A DNA stretch of 64,000 nucleotides from Candidatus Omnitrophota bacterium (GTDB lineage Bacteria > Omnitrophota > Gorgyraeia > 2-01-FULL-45-10). Shown here piece after piece: positions 1 through 7,694 of the stretch (its first letter is position 1; each line of letters opens with the position of its first letter). The stretch is from positions 5,723-69,722 of the forward strand of contig JBAZNZ010000006.1 of the NCBI GenBank assembly GCA_041648975.1, written 5' to 3'. Position numbers and translations under genes: made by a program. The notes under the pieces were generated by a model. The model ran no database searches. It worked only from the letters and a program-made list of their open reading frames with translations, and was not told where the DNA came from.

Positions 1-1
1 A

Positions 2-286
2 GAGCAGGTCTTCCTGGGCCGCGACCTGATAGATGAACGCAATTACAGCGACCAGACAGCGCTCGTTATAGATCAGGAGATCAGGAAGATAATCGATGAC
101 TGTTATACCAGGGCAAAGGACGAGTTGAGCAAGCATAAAGACAAGCTTAAGACCCTTGCCGAAAAACTCCTGGAAAAAGAGGTAATGGAAGTAGAAGAGA
201 TAAGGGTCCTTCTGGGATATAAAAAGGATGAAAAACCTGATCCGAGTAGCTCCGTTAACCCGCCCAGCCAAAACAAGACAGCCTGA
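2..286 (+). CDS. ftsH: ATP-dependent zinc metalloprotease FtsH, C-terminal fragment (5' end outside window)
   Basis: Frame 2 translates to ...EQVFLGRDLIDERNYSDQTALVIDQEIRKIIDDCYTRAKDELSKHKDKL...EVEEIRVLLG, the typical FtsH C-terminal helical region. Stop TGA at 284-286. The ftsH-folP adjacency is widely conserved. Confidence 0.8.
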   Translation, partial: EQVFLGRDLIDERNYSDQTALVIDQEIRKIIDDCYTRAKDELSKHKDKLKTLAEKLLEKEVMEVEEIRVLLGYKKDEKPDPSSSVNPPSQNKTA

Positions 287-341
287 TATCGATATAGAGA
301 TCGGCAGGTTTCGTCTCGCCTTCAGCGTCAGGACATACGTT

Positions 342-1133
342 ATGGGGATCCTGAACGTAACTCCCGATTCCTTTTCCGACGGAGGAAAGTTCTTCGACAA
401 GGATAAGGCCGTGAAGCATGCCATGGATATGGCGCGCGAAGGAGCGGACATTATAGACGTCGGAGGGGAGTCTGCAAGGCCCGGCTCAACCGAGATCAGC
501 GTTGAAGAAGAGCTCGATCGCGTCATGCCGGTCGTGGAGGCCATGGCAGGGAAAGCGGGCGTCCCTGTGTCGATAGATACACGAAAAGGGAAAGTGGCTG
601 AGGCCGCATTGAGGGCCGGCGCGAAAATAGTGAATGACATTTCGGGATTCAAGTATGATCCGTATCTGGCTGCCGTTACCGCGCGATATGACGCAGCTGT
701 CATATTGATGCACATGCGCGGGACGCCTCTAGATATGCAGAAGGCGCCGCGCTACAAGAATGTGATGAAAGAGGTTGCCGGGGAATTGCAGCGATCTATC
801 AAGATCGCCGTCGATGCGGGTGTGAAAAAGGAGAAGGTGATCATAGATCCCGGTATAGGTTTTTCAAAGACTGCCGAACACAATCTCGTCATCCTCAACA
901 GGCTTGATGAGATCAAGGCTCTGGGCTATCCGGTCTGCGTCGGGACTTCGAGAAAGTCATTCATAGGAAAGGTCCTGGGCATCGAGGGTACGAATAACAG
1001 GCTGGCAGGTACGCTGGCTACATGTGTAATGGCGATCATGAAGGGCGCCAATATTTTAAGGGTCCATGATGTCAGGGAGGTTGTTGCGGTAAGTCGTATG
1101 ACCGACAGCGTATTACGGGAAAGGGCCTTTTGA
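342..1133 (+). CDS. folP: dihydropteroate synthase
   Basis: Contains the DHPS signature GILNVTPDSFSDGG plus DVGGESARPG and GVPVSIDT, in the 228..1133 ORF. The ATG at 342 (MGILNVTPDSF) is the likely true start, because upstream codons overlap ftsH. Confidence 0.85.
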   Translation: MGILNVTPDSFSDGGKFFDKDKAVKHAMDMAREGADIIDVGGESARPGSTEISVEEELDRVMPVVEAMAGKAGVPVSIDTRKGKVAEAALRAGAKIVNDISGFKYDPYLAAVTARYDAAVILMHMRGTPLDMQKAPRYKNVMKEVAGELQRSIKIAVDAGVKKEKVIIDPGIGFSKTAEHNLVILNRLDEIKALGYPVCVGTSRKSFIGKVLGIEGTNNRLAGTLATCVMAIMKGANILRVHDVREVVAVSRMTDSVLRERAF

Positions 1134-1134
1134 T

Positions 1135-1923
1135 ATGTCATATATTTCGAACTGGAAGATAATCCTGGAACTGGCGCTTCTATGGTATGTGATATATATG
1201 GTACTCCTATTTGTGAAAGGCACGCGTTCGGAGCATCTCCTTAAGGGCCTCCTCATCATAGCATTGATATTCACCATTACCCAGCAACTGAAGCTGGACA
1301 CCATAAATTGGGTGCTCACAAGGCTCGTTCCGATATCTGTAATCGGGCTCGTTGTAATATTCCAGCCGGAGCTTCGTCGGGGCCTCGCGAGGCTGGGACA
1401 GCTTGGCGTCCCGCAGGAGAACGTCGAGGCGATCGACGAGATAGCGAGGGCGTCCTCGGATCTCAGCAAGAGGAAGATAGGCGCTCTTATGGTCATAGAC
1501 AGAGGGAGCGAGCTGAAAAGCTATGTCGAGAGCGGCACGCAGCTTGACAGCAAGGTCAGCGATTATCTCCTGGTTTCGATATTCACGCATCAATCGCCGC
1601 TCCATGACGGCGCTGTCATAATCCAACAGGGACGGTTGACGGCCGCGGGATGCGTATTGCCGCTGCCACAGGACGACAAGGATATCCCGCGCTCTCTCGG
1701 TATGCGGCACCGCGCGGCAGTGGGTATAAGCGAAGAGACCGACGCGCTCTGCGTAGTGGTGAGCGAAGAGACGGGTGCGATCTCGGTTGCCAGCGGAGGC
1801 AACCTGACATACGATATCGGGGAAGATAACCTATCTAAAGTGCTTAAGAGCATACTATATAAGCCGTCGGACCAGAAGACGCCGTTTTCGCATATCTGGT
1901 CCAAAAAGAGGAAGGCAACTTGA
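1135..1923 (+). CDS. cdaA: diadenylate cyclase CdaA (c-di-AMP synthase), N-terminal TM helices plus DAC domain
   Basis: Carries the DAC-domain motifs LHDGAVIIQQGRLTAAGCVLPL and RHRAAVGISEETDALCVVVSEETGAISVA, with two or three N-terminal hydrophobic helices. The ATG follows 1 nt after the folP stop. Confidence 0.8.
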   Translation: MSYISNWKIILELALLWYVIYMVLLFVKGTRSEHLLKGLLIIALIFTITQQLKLDTINWVLTRLVPISVIGLVVIFQPELRRGLARLGQLGVPQENVEAIDEIARASSDLSKRKIGALMVIDRGSELKSYVESGTQLDSKVSDYLLVSIFTHQSPLHDGAVIIQQGRLTAAGCVLPLPQDDKDIPRSLGMRHRAAVGISEETDALCVVVSEETGAISVASGGNLTYDIGEDNLSKVLKSILYKPSDQKTPFSHIWSKKRKAT

Positions 1924-2369
1924 GGATCCCGGAGTTCATTAAAAGTTTTTTTACTAAAAATATAGGACTTAAGGTAACGGCGTTGCTGCTGACATTGGTC
2001 CTATGGTTCTACGTCGTCGGAGAGCTTAATAAGGGCAGCGAGGAAGAGAAGCATTTCCTGAATAAGATACTTCCGTCGGGAGACGTTGCGGCTAAACAGC
2101 TTTCCATACAACCAGTATTCATAGGCAAGCCTCGGCCCGGTTATGCGATAGACATATCGTCAGTGATGGTCGAGCCTGATTACTGTATCGTCATAGGGAC
2201 AAAGGAACTGCTGGGCAAGATACGGGTAGCGTACACTATGCCGATAGACATTGCCGGCGCATCCAGGTCGCTGATCCGGCCCGTGGCGCTTAGCCCGATC
2301 GCGCCCGGTGTTTATATGGAAGAGACGTTCGTGCAGGTCACTGTGCCGATCGAAAAGATCAGGCAATAG
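1920..2369 (+). CDS. CdaR/YbbR-like CdaA regulator (short form)
   Basis: TTG start overlaps the cdaA stop (TTGA). Has an N-terminal TM helix and a YbbR-like beta-rich domain. It sits in the position cdaR usually occupies. Confidence 0.45.
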   Translation: MRIPEFIKSFFTKNIGLKVTALLLTLVLWFYVVGELNKGSEEEKHFLNKILPSGDVAAKQLSIQPVFIGKPRPGYAIDISSVMVEPDYCIVIGTKELLGKIRVAYTMPIDIAGASRSLIRPVALSPIAPGVYMEETFVQVTVPIEKIRQ

Positions 2370-2377
2370 GATCATTT

Positions 2378-3091
2378 ATGGTTAAACTCGGCGTCAATAT
2401 AGACCACGTTGCCACTTTGAGAGAGGCGAGAAAGACCTATATGCCGGATCCGGTAGAAGCGGCCCGGATATGCTTAAAAGCAGGCTGCGATTCGATTGTA
2501 TGCCATTTGCGGGAAGACAGAAGGCATATAAAGGATGCGGATGTGTTGCGGCTGAGAAAGATCCGGGGCATGAGGCTTAATCTCGAGATGTCGGCGGTGA
2601 AAGATATAGTAGATTTCGCGTGTAAGGTGAAGCCTGACCAGGCTACGCTTGTGCCTGAGCGAAGACAGGAGGTCACGACCGAAGGCGGCCTTGATGTAAA
2701 AAAGAATTATAATAAAATAAAATCTGTCGTATCGAGGCTGAAGCGTGCCGGCATTGAGGTCAGCCTATTCATCAATCCGTCGAAACAACAGGTGGATGCG
2801 TCGGCTGATTCCGGCGCTGCGATCATAGAGTTCCATACGGGCGAATATGCCAACGCCGCTTCGAAAGCGGCACGAAGGCGCCAACTAGGTATCCTGAAAG
2901 ATGAAACCGCATACGCTTTGTCGAAGGGTCTCGAAGTTAATGCCGGACATGGATTGAATTACGATAATACGGCTGATGTCGCGGCGATCAAAGGCATGAA
3001 TGAATTGAATATCGGCCACTCTATTATTTGCAGGGCCGTCTTTGTAGGGATGGAAAGGGCGGTCGAAGAGATGCTGGAGATTATAAGATGA
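2378..3091 (+). CDS. pdxJ: pyridoxine 5'-phosphate synthase
   Basis: N-terminus MVKLGVNIDHVATLREAR is canonical PdxJ; also EFHTG and GHGLNY. 237 aa. Confidence 0.85.
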   Translation: MVKLGVNIDHVATLREARKTYMPDPVEAARICLKAGCDSIVCHLREDRRHIKDADVLRLRKIRGMRLNLEMSAVKDIVDFACKVKPDQATLVPERRQEVTTEGGLDVKKNYNKIKSVVSRLKRAGIEVSLFINPSKQQVDASADSGAAIIEFHTGEYANAASKAARRRQLGILKDETAYALSKGLEVNAGHGLNYDNTADVAAIKGMNELNIGHSIICRAVFVGMERAVEEMLEIIR

Positions 3092-3471
3092 TATTCGGCG
3101 CCGGTGTCGACATAGTCGAGGTATTCAGGATGAGAGACGCTATAAATAAGTGGGAGCACAGCTTCCTGTCGAAGATATTTACCGAGAAAGAGATCGGTTA
3201 CTCGATATCACGGAGGTTCTCTTACCAGCACTTTGCCGCCAGGTTCGCGGCAAAAGAGGCGGTTATCAAGGCGTTCGGCGAGCCCCGCAAATTTCCCATC
3301 AAATGGACGGACGTCGAGGTATTGAACGATAAAGAGGGTAAGCCCATGATAGAATTCCGCGGCGACGCGCTTAAGCTGAAAAAGAGGAAGAAGATCGACC
3401 GGATAATCGTCAGCATGTCCCATTCCAAGAATTACGCGATAGCGAACGTTATATTGATGAAGAAAGGTTAG
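3088..3471 (+). CDS. acpS: holo-[acyl-carrier-protein] synthase
   Basis: MIFGAGVDIVEV...FAARFAAKEAVIKAFG. The start overlaps the pdxJ stop (ATGA). pdxJ-acpS linkage is conserved. Confidence 0.8.
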   Translation: MIFGAGVDIVEVFRMRDAINKWEHSFLSKIFTEKEIGYSISRRFSYQHFAARFAAKEAVIKAFGEPRKFPIKWTDVEVLNDKEGKPMIEFRGDALKLKKRKKIDRIIVSMSHSKNYAIANVILMKKG

Positions 3472-3473
3472 CG

Positions 3474-4337
3474 ATGCAGCAGATAAAAGACGCGCTGACG
3501 AAGTTCCCTAAAAGGGCGACGGATGCGCATAAGGGTGACTTCGGCCACGTCCTTGTCATGGCGGGATCGTGCGGATATACCGGTGCTGCGTATCTCGCGA
3601 GCCAGGCCTCAGCGCTTTCGGGCAGCGGACTCGTGACCCTTGCGATAGCGAAAAGCCTGTACGGTGTGCTAGCGTCAAAATTGACGGAGGTAATGGTCCG
3701 TCCGTTCATCGAGACTAAAGACGGTTCCCTAAGTCTCCTGGCCGAAAAAGACCTTGTCGGCTTTGCGCATAAATGTAATTCTATCGCGATCGGCCCTGGA
3801 CTGTCGCAGAATAAGGAGACGCAGCGGCTTGTAAGGAATCTACTGGAAAAACTCGACAAGCCGGTTGTACTTGACGCGGACGGTATTAACGCATTTGTAG
3901 GATGCCTGGATGCCCTGAAAAATTCGAAGCGACCGCTTGTAATGACACCTCATCCGGGAGAGTTGGCGAGGCTGATAGGGAAAGAGGCGGAAGAGATTCA
4001 GAAGGATAGAAAAAATATTGCTTTAAGCTTTGCTAATGAGTATAATACGGTCTTAGTTTTAAAGGGGCACAACACTGTCATTGCAGAACCGGGCGGCGAA
4101 TATTATGTGAATGAGACCGGCAACGTTGGGATGGCTTCCGGCGGCACAGGCGATGTGTTGACAGGAATAATAGCTAGCTTCATAGGACAGGGGCTAGATC
4201 CTTTTACAGCCGCTGTGTTGGGCGTATATTTTCACGGCCTGGCCGGCGATGAGGCGGCTAAAGAGAAGGGCCAACTCAGCCTGCTCGCTACGGATATATT
4301 AAATAAGTTGCCGGAAGTTTTGACGGTGCTGGGGTAG
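3474..4337 (+). CDS. nnrD: ADP-dependent NAD(P)H-hydrate dehydratase (YjeF C-terminal domain, carbohydrate-kinase fold)
   Basis: HKGDFGHVLVMAGSCGYTGAAYLAS, TPHPGELARL and GGTGDVLTGIIAS are YjeF_C motifs. The TAG stop overlaps the downstream tRNA. Confidence 0.75.
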   Translation: MQQIKDALTKFPKRATDAHKGDFGHVLVMAGSCGYTGAAYLASQASALSGSGLVTLAIAKSLYGVLASKLTEVMVRPFIETKDGSLSLLAEKDLVGFAHKCNSIAIGPGLSQNKETQRLVRNLLEKLDKPVVLDADGINAFVGCLDALKNSKRPLVMTPHPGELARLIGKEAEEIQKDRKNIALSFANEYNTVLVLKGHNTVIAEPGGEYYVNETGNVGMASGGTGDVLTGIIASFIGQGLDPFTAAVLGVYFHGLAGDEAAKEKGQLSLLATDILNKLPEVLTVLG

Positions 4338-4403
4338 CTCAATTGGCAGAGCACCGCATTTGTAATGCGGACGTTGAAGGTTCAATTCCTTTCCCCAGCT
4401 CCA
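4328..4403 (+). tRNA. tRNA-Thr (anticodon TGT)
   Basis: 76-nt cloverleaf. Acceptor gctgggg/ccccagc, D arm gctc-aattggca-gagc, anticodon stem ccgca/tgcgg with loop tttgtaa (anticodon TGT, A37), T arm gaagg-ttcaatt-ccttt, encoded CCA. Confidence 0.8.
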
Positions 4404-4653
4404 AGTTATTTAAGTCGAAATAGTACAGATAGGAATTGAAGCGAATACAATAAATATTTATATAAATGCGAAAATTAAATAAATATAAAATCAAATCATT
4501 GTATTGGAATAAGGATTATACAGCTATACGCATTCACGCGTTAATCTAAAGAAGGCAAGAATATACTGGCATAAAATAACAGGAGTGCCGCTTGCTCAAT
4601 TTACTAAGCCATATGTACGAAAAGGAAATCCGAATCTAAGCAATAGAAAATTG

Positions 4654-4682
4654 CTTTACGGGCTTGTCCATATTCGCTATAA
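4654..4682 (+). promoter_or_regulatory. putative sigma70-type promoter for tRNA-Tyr (TTTACG-17-TATAAT)
   Basis: A perfect -10 TATAAT at 4677-4682, with a weak -35 TTTACG 17 nt upstream, lies about 60 nt before the tRNA-Tyr 5' end. Confidence 0.3.
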
Positions 4683-4743
4683 TGACAAAAAGCTGTTGGA
4701 AACGATACATAATTGGATTGATATATATGTAGATCAGTTTAGT

Positions 4744-5039
4744 GGTGAGGTACCATAGCGGCCAAATGGACCAGACTGTGGTGAACGCAGCGTCATGAAG
4801 AAATTCATGATGGAAAAGCGGGTGAATTCAGGGGAGCCCTTAATAGCGAAACATTAAGGGGAATCCTGAGCCAAGCCTAGAACCGTAATGGTTCTTTGAA
4901 GGTGCAGAGACTAAGCGCCCGCCGCCTAAAGTTCGCAAGAACCAAGGTGATGAGATAGTCCAAGCCTCGAGGTAACTTGAGGGCCCTTGAAATCTGGCGG
5001 CGCAAGCCTTCGATGGTTCGAATCCATCCCTCACCACCA
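4744..5039 (+). tRNA. tRNA-Tyr (anticodon GTA), type II, interrupted by a 210-nt group I intron in the anticodon loop (exons 4744..4779 and 4990..5039)
   Basis: Exon 1 is ggtgagg-ta-ccat-AGCGGCCAAA-tgg-a-ccaga-ctgt. The D loop AGCGGCCAAA matches E. coli tRNA-Tyr. Exon 2 is aaa-tctgg-cggcgcaagccttc (long variable arm, GGC/GCC stem)-gatgg-ttcgaat-ccatc-cctcacc-a-cca. The spliced anticodon loop CUGUAAA is the tRNA-Tyr loop, and the acceptor stem is perfectly paired. Confidence 0.8.
4780..4989 (+). ncRNA. group I self-splicing intron (IC3-like, ORF-less) inside tRNA-Tyr
   Basis: Core elements are recognisable. P-like GAATTCAGGGGAGCC, Q-like GGAATCCTGAGCCAAGCC, R-like GGTGCAGAGACTAAG, S-like GATGAGATAGTCCAAG. 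These match the cyanobacterial/plastid tRNA-Leu(UAA) intron core. The 5' splice site follows U, the intron ends in G, and there is no internal ORF. Confidence 0.7.
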
Positions 5040-5184
5040 ACTTAACAGATTTATTGCATAAGTTCTATAGTGTCAGTGAGTTATGCGACCTGGAGATTTT
5101 AGACTTTAACAAAAAGCCATTAAAATTGGTTCCGGTAAAAATATTTTCTGTCTAATATGGAAAGAGGTCTACAACGAATTAACT

Positions 5185-5264
5185 CTTGAAAATTATAGAT
5201 TCAGAAAAAGGATCTGTATGTAAATGAGACAAAGCGCTGGCTGGTATGGCCAGCGCTTTTAATT
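5185..5264 (+). repeat. about 80-nt intergenic module, copy 1 (roughly 75% identical to 6070..6147), ending in a terminator-like hairpin
   Basis: CTTGAAAATTATAGATTCAGAAAAAGGATCTGTATGTAAATGAGACAAAGCGCTGGCTGGTATGGCCAGCGCTTTT aligns with the second copy. Confidence 0.5.
5233..5264 (+). terminator. rho-independent terminator-like hairpin (AGCGCTGGC-TGGTAT-GCCAGCGCT followed by TTTTAATTT)
   Basis: Perfect 9-bp GC-rich stem followed by a T-rich tract. Lies downstream of tRNA-Tyr. Confidence 0.4.
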
Positions 5265-5279
5265 TGGGGGTAATGAGGT

Positions 5280-5528
5280 ATGAATGCTGACGATTATATA
5301 GGGAAAGGCTCGGAACATATAGCAAAGGCTATTGCAGGGGTTGCGAAAGAGCCTCCGTCATGGCAACAATTATTACTTCAGGAGTATTTGAAGGTGGAAT
5401 TAAACAGAGAACTAATAGAGAGCCAAAGGAAGCATCAGGACGATTCAATTAAGCAGATGAAGCACCTTGTTTATGCAACGTGGGGATTAGTCGTGGCAAC
5501 GTTGTTATTGGTGCTAATAAAGCATTAA
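5280..5528 (+). CDS. hypothetical small protein with C-terminal TM anchor (82 aa)
   Basis: ORF with C-terminal hydrophobic helix WGLVVATLLLVLI. No recognisable motif. Confidence 0.35.
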   Translation: MNADDYIGKGSEHIAKAIAGVAKEPPSWQQLLLQEYLKVELNRELIESQRKHQDDSIKQMKHLVYATWGLVVATLLLVLIKH

Positions 5529-5539
5529 AAGGAGAGGCT

Positions 5540-5932
5540 ATGGGATATTTGATAGGTTTTTATCATAACGCGTGGGGATTGGTTCCATTTGCTTTAGTGG
5601 CATCTTTAGTGTTGTTTTTATTCAGAAGGTGTGGCTTCATCAAATATTTCTCTGTTTTATGGTTGGTTCTAATTGGATACGAATATTCACAAGTCTATGG
5701 TGGGAATGTCTATGGAGCTATGATACAGAGTGGAATGGCAAGGACTTATTCTAAAGTGGTGGGTTATCTTGTGGGGTATCTGTATTTTTCTATCGTTGCT
5801 TCTGTTCCATTTATTTTTATGGATGTAATAAAGAGTAAACTAGCTAAAAAACTATATCTTTTGATGTTCGTTATATTTATGTGGGTAACGCCATTTATAT
5901 GTGAATTTATCGGAGATATTGCGAAAAGATAA
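5540..5932 (+). CDS. hypothetical integral membrane protein (about 4 TM, 130 aa)
   Basis: ATG at 5540 is preceded by AAGGAGAGG. Four hydrophobic segments. The longer 5480 start overlaps the previous ORF. Confidence 0.45.
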   Translation: MGYLIGFYHNAWGLVPFALVASLVLFLFRRCGFIKYFSVLWLVLIGYEYSQVYGGNVYGAMIQSGMARTYSKVVGYLVGYLYFSIVASVPFIFMDVIKSKLAKKLYLLMFVIFMWVTPFICEFIGDIAKR

Positions 5933-6069
5933 GTAGGTAGTAGAGAATGAGGAATTATGGGACGCGTCAAAAAAGGACACGCAGTTTGAGTGGAATGCCC
6001 CCAAAGTGACACGTCCCTAATAGCTGCCTTTGCTGCGCAATGCAGAAAGAGGTGTGAAACGAACAAAAA

Positions 6070-6147
6070 CTTGAAGATTTTAGATATAGAAAACGGATCC
6101 GTGTAAATTGGGAGAAGCGCTGGCTATTGTATAGTCTGCGCTTTTTT
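6070..6147 (+). repeat. about 80-nt intergenic module, copy 2 (paralogue of 5185..5264), ending in a terminator-like hairpin
   Basis: CTTGAAGATTTTAGATATAGAAAACGGATCCGTGTAAATTGGGAGAAGCGCTGGCTATTGTATAGTCTGCGCTTTTTT. Confidence 0.5.
6116..6147 (+). terminator. rho-independent terminator (AGCGC...GCGCT followed by TTTTTT) after the 5540..5932 gene
   Basis: Stem agcgc/gcgct with an internal loop, followed by six T. Confidence 0.45.
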
Positions 6148-6182
6148 GCTTGAACGCGTATTTTGTGAGTCATGGCAAGGAG

Positions 6183-6611
6183 ATGGTAATTATGATGAAA
6201 ATTTTAGCGTATATATTCTTCGCATATCTTTACATATCAGTTGGCGTATTTATTTACTTCTTGATTCGTGATAAACGAGGGAAAGTGCCTTATAATCCTA
6301 ATAACCTAAATGGCTTGTCAGCGATTTTTTCGCTTGGAACACTTATTATGCTTTGGTTAATTTTAAGCATAGGCATAGAAAAGTTTTTACTTGCACCCAT
6401 ACCTTATTCTTGGGGGTGGCACGAAGGAGAAGGAGTTAAGAATTCATTAAGATTCAATTTAGCTTGGATGATTGCTCTTGCAATATCAGTTTATATATTT
6501 TGGATTATAGGAGAGCTTCAAAGGAAAGAAAAGGTTATAAAAGAGTTGCAAGCTCGGTATCAAAAATTAAAGGGGACAGATAAAGGGGAGTGCAAAAATG
6601 GGCATGGCTAA
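6183..6611 (+). CDS. hypothetical membrane protein (3 TM, C-terminal coiled-coil/K-rich tail)
   Basis: ATG at 6183 follows AAGGAG. Hydrophobic helices ILAYIFFAYLYISVGVFIYFLI, LSAIFSLGTLIMLWLILSIGI and LAWMIALAISVYIFWIIG. Overlaps the next gene. Confidence 0.45.
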   Translation: MVIMMKILAYIFFAYLYISVGVFIYFLIRDKRGKVPYNPNNLNGLSAIFSLGTLIMLWLILSIGIEKFLLAPIPYSWGWHEGEGVKNSLRFNLAWMIALAISVYIFWIIGELQRKEKVIKELQARYQKLKGTDKGECKNGHG

Positions 6612-7143
6612 TCTTTCAGACATAAAATCAGAGCCGATTCTTCTCAAAGATAAGGAGTGGAGCTTGATTGATGGCGAGCTTTGTCTTGTAACGGAATTTT
6701 TCCCAATGATGGGGAGTAGCGTTAAGGATGGGGTTGTAATATCGCCCAGCACCTCCGCCCCTTACGCAAAAATTACTATTAGATGTAAAAAAATACCCAC
6801 TGAAATAACCGCCTTTATAACACATTCCATTGACTTTGCTAACCTTTGGGATGCCTTTAGGTATAGAGAAACACATAATAAGACCGATGAGATACTTATT
6901 TATTGGTCAACGAAGCATTATAATAGTGTCATTGCAAAGATAATATCCTCGGTTATGCTAACTATCCTCGGTGGCACGTCTCTGCCGAAAATCCTTATTA
7001 TGCTTCGTCCTAACGGTGCTTATGAAAAAAGCGGGAGTGATTCAAGATTGCCCCACGATATAAATGCAAATGTTTTTATATATGGCTCATTACCTATTAA
7101 GTGTTGGATACCTGATATTATGAATGAGGCAGTTAAACATTAA
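6598..7143 (+). CDS. hypothetical soluble protein (181 aa)
   Basis: The start overlaps the upstream gene end, suggesting translational coupling. No known motif recognised. Confidence 0.45.
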   Translation: MGMANLSDIKSEPILLKDKEWSLIDGELCLVTEFFPMMGSSVKDGVVISPSTSAPYAKITIRCKKIPTEITAFITHSIDFANLWDAFRYRETHNKTDEILIYWSTKHYNSVIAKIISSVMLTILGGTSLPKILIMLRPNGAYEKSGSDSRLPHDINANVFIYGSLPIKCWIPDIMNEAVKH

Positions 7144-7166
7144 AAGCTAAATAGAGAGGTGCGAAA

Positions 7167-7532
7167 ATGTCAGAGCAAAATCCTGCAACAATAATAAAAA
7201 ACGCAGTAGAAGACCTTGCGGGGAAAATAATATTTTTATCAGGCGAAGTAGCAACTTTTAAGCAAGCTCTGTGCGACCTCGTAATCAAGGCGAATGATTC
7301 GAGCAATAAAATGCTTAAGGCTTCAAAGATGTATTTTGCAGGAAGTATTATTCTGTCAGCAGTTATAGCCTTTAGTGCGTTAGTTCCTAAGTGGGGTTTT
7401 GTATCCACTCAAGGCGGTTATACATTAAAGTATAATCAGGTTACAGGGAAAGCTGTTGTGTATAAATGTAATTATTCAACCGAAGGGAAGTATGTATACC
7501 AAGAATTCCCTGTCGAAAAATATAAGCCTTAA
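7167..7532 (+). CDS. hypothetical protein with one central TM helix (121 aa)
   Basis: Follows the previous ORF after 23 nt. Central helix is AGSIILSAVIAFSALV. Third gene of an apparent operon. Confidence 0.4.
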   Translation: MSEQNPATIIKNAVEDLAGKIIFLSGEVATFKQALCDLVIKANDSSNKMLKASKMYFAGSIILSAVIAFSALVPKWGFVSTQGGYTLKYNQVTGKAVVYKCNYSTEGKYVYQEFPVEKYKP

Positions 7533-7640
7533 GATTTCGTTGTTAAAGAAATAAATGAACAATCAAGCCATAGCATATTGCGGATGCTTTACCGATATGC
7601 AGGAAATGTTGATTCTTGACAGCATACCTTTTTAGGTGTC

Positions 7641-7681
7641 TTGACACTACAGGTGTAATATGCTACACTTATCGGTGTAAT
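7641..7681 (+). promoter_or_regulatory. sigma70 promoter (TTGACA-17-TACACT) with flanking GGTGTAAT direct repeats (putative operator)
   Basis: Consensus -35 TTGACA at 7641-7646 and -10 TACACT at 7664-7669. GGTGTAAT occurs at 7652-7659 and again at 7674-7681, straddling the -10 element. The site lies just upstream of the wHTH-nucleotidyltransferase gene. Confidence 0.45.
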
Positions 7682-7694
7682 GTGAGGAACGCAT

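Noticed and set aside
4744-5039. Possible tmRNA (ssrA) or RNase P RNA because of the tRNA-like 3' end ...GGTTCGAATCC...CACCA in a 300-nt non-coding stretch
   Set aside because: No tmRNA 5' consensus, and no tag-peptide ORF ending in ...LAA. Instead the 5' 36 nt and 3' 50 nt form a complete tRNA-Tyr, and the middle matches the group I intron core.
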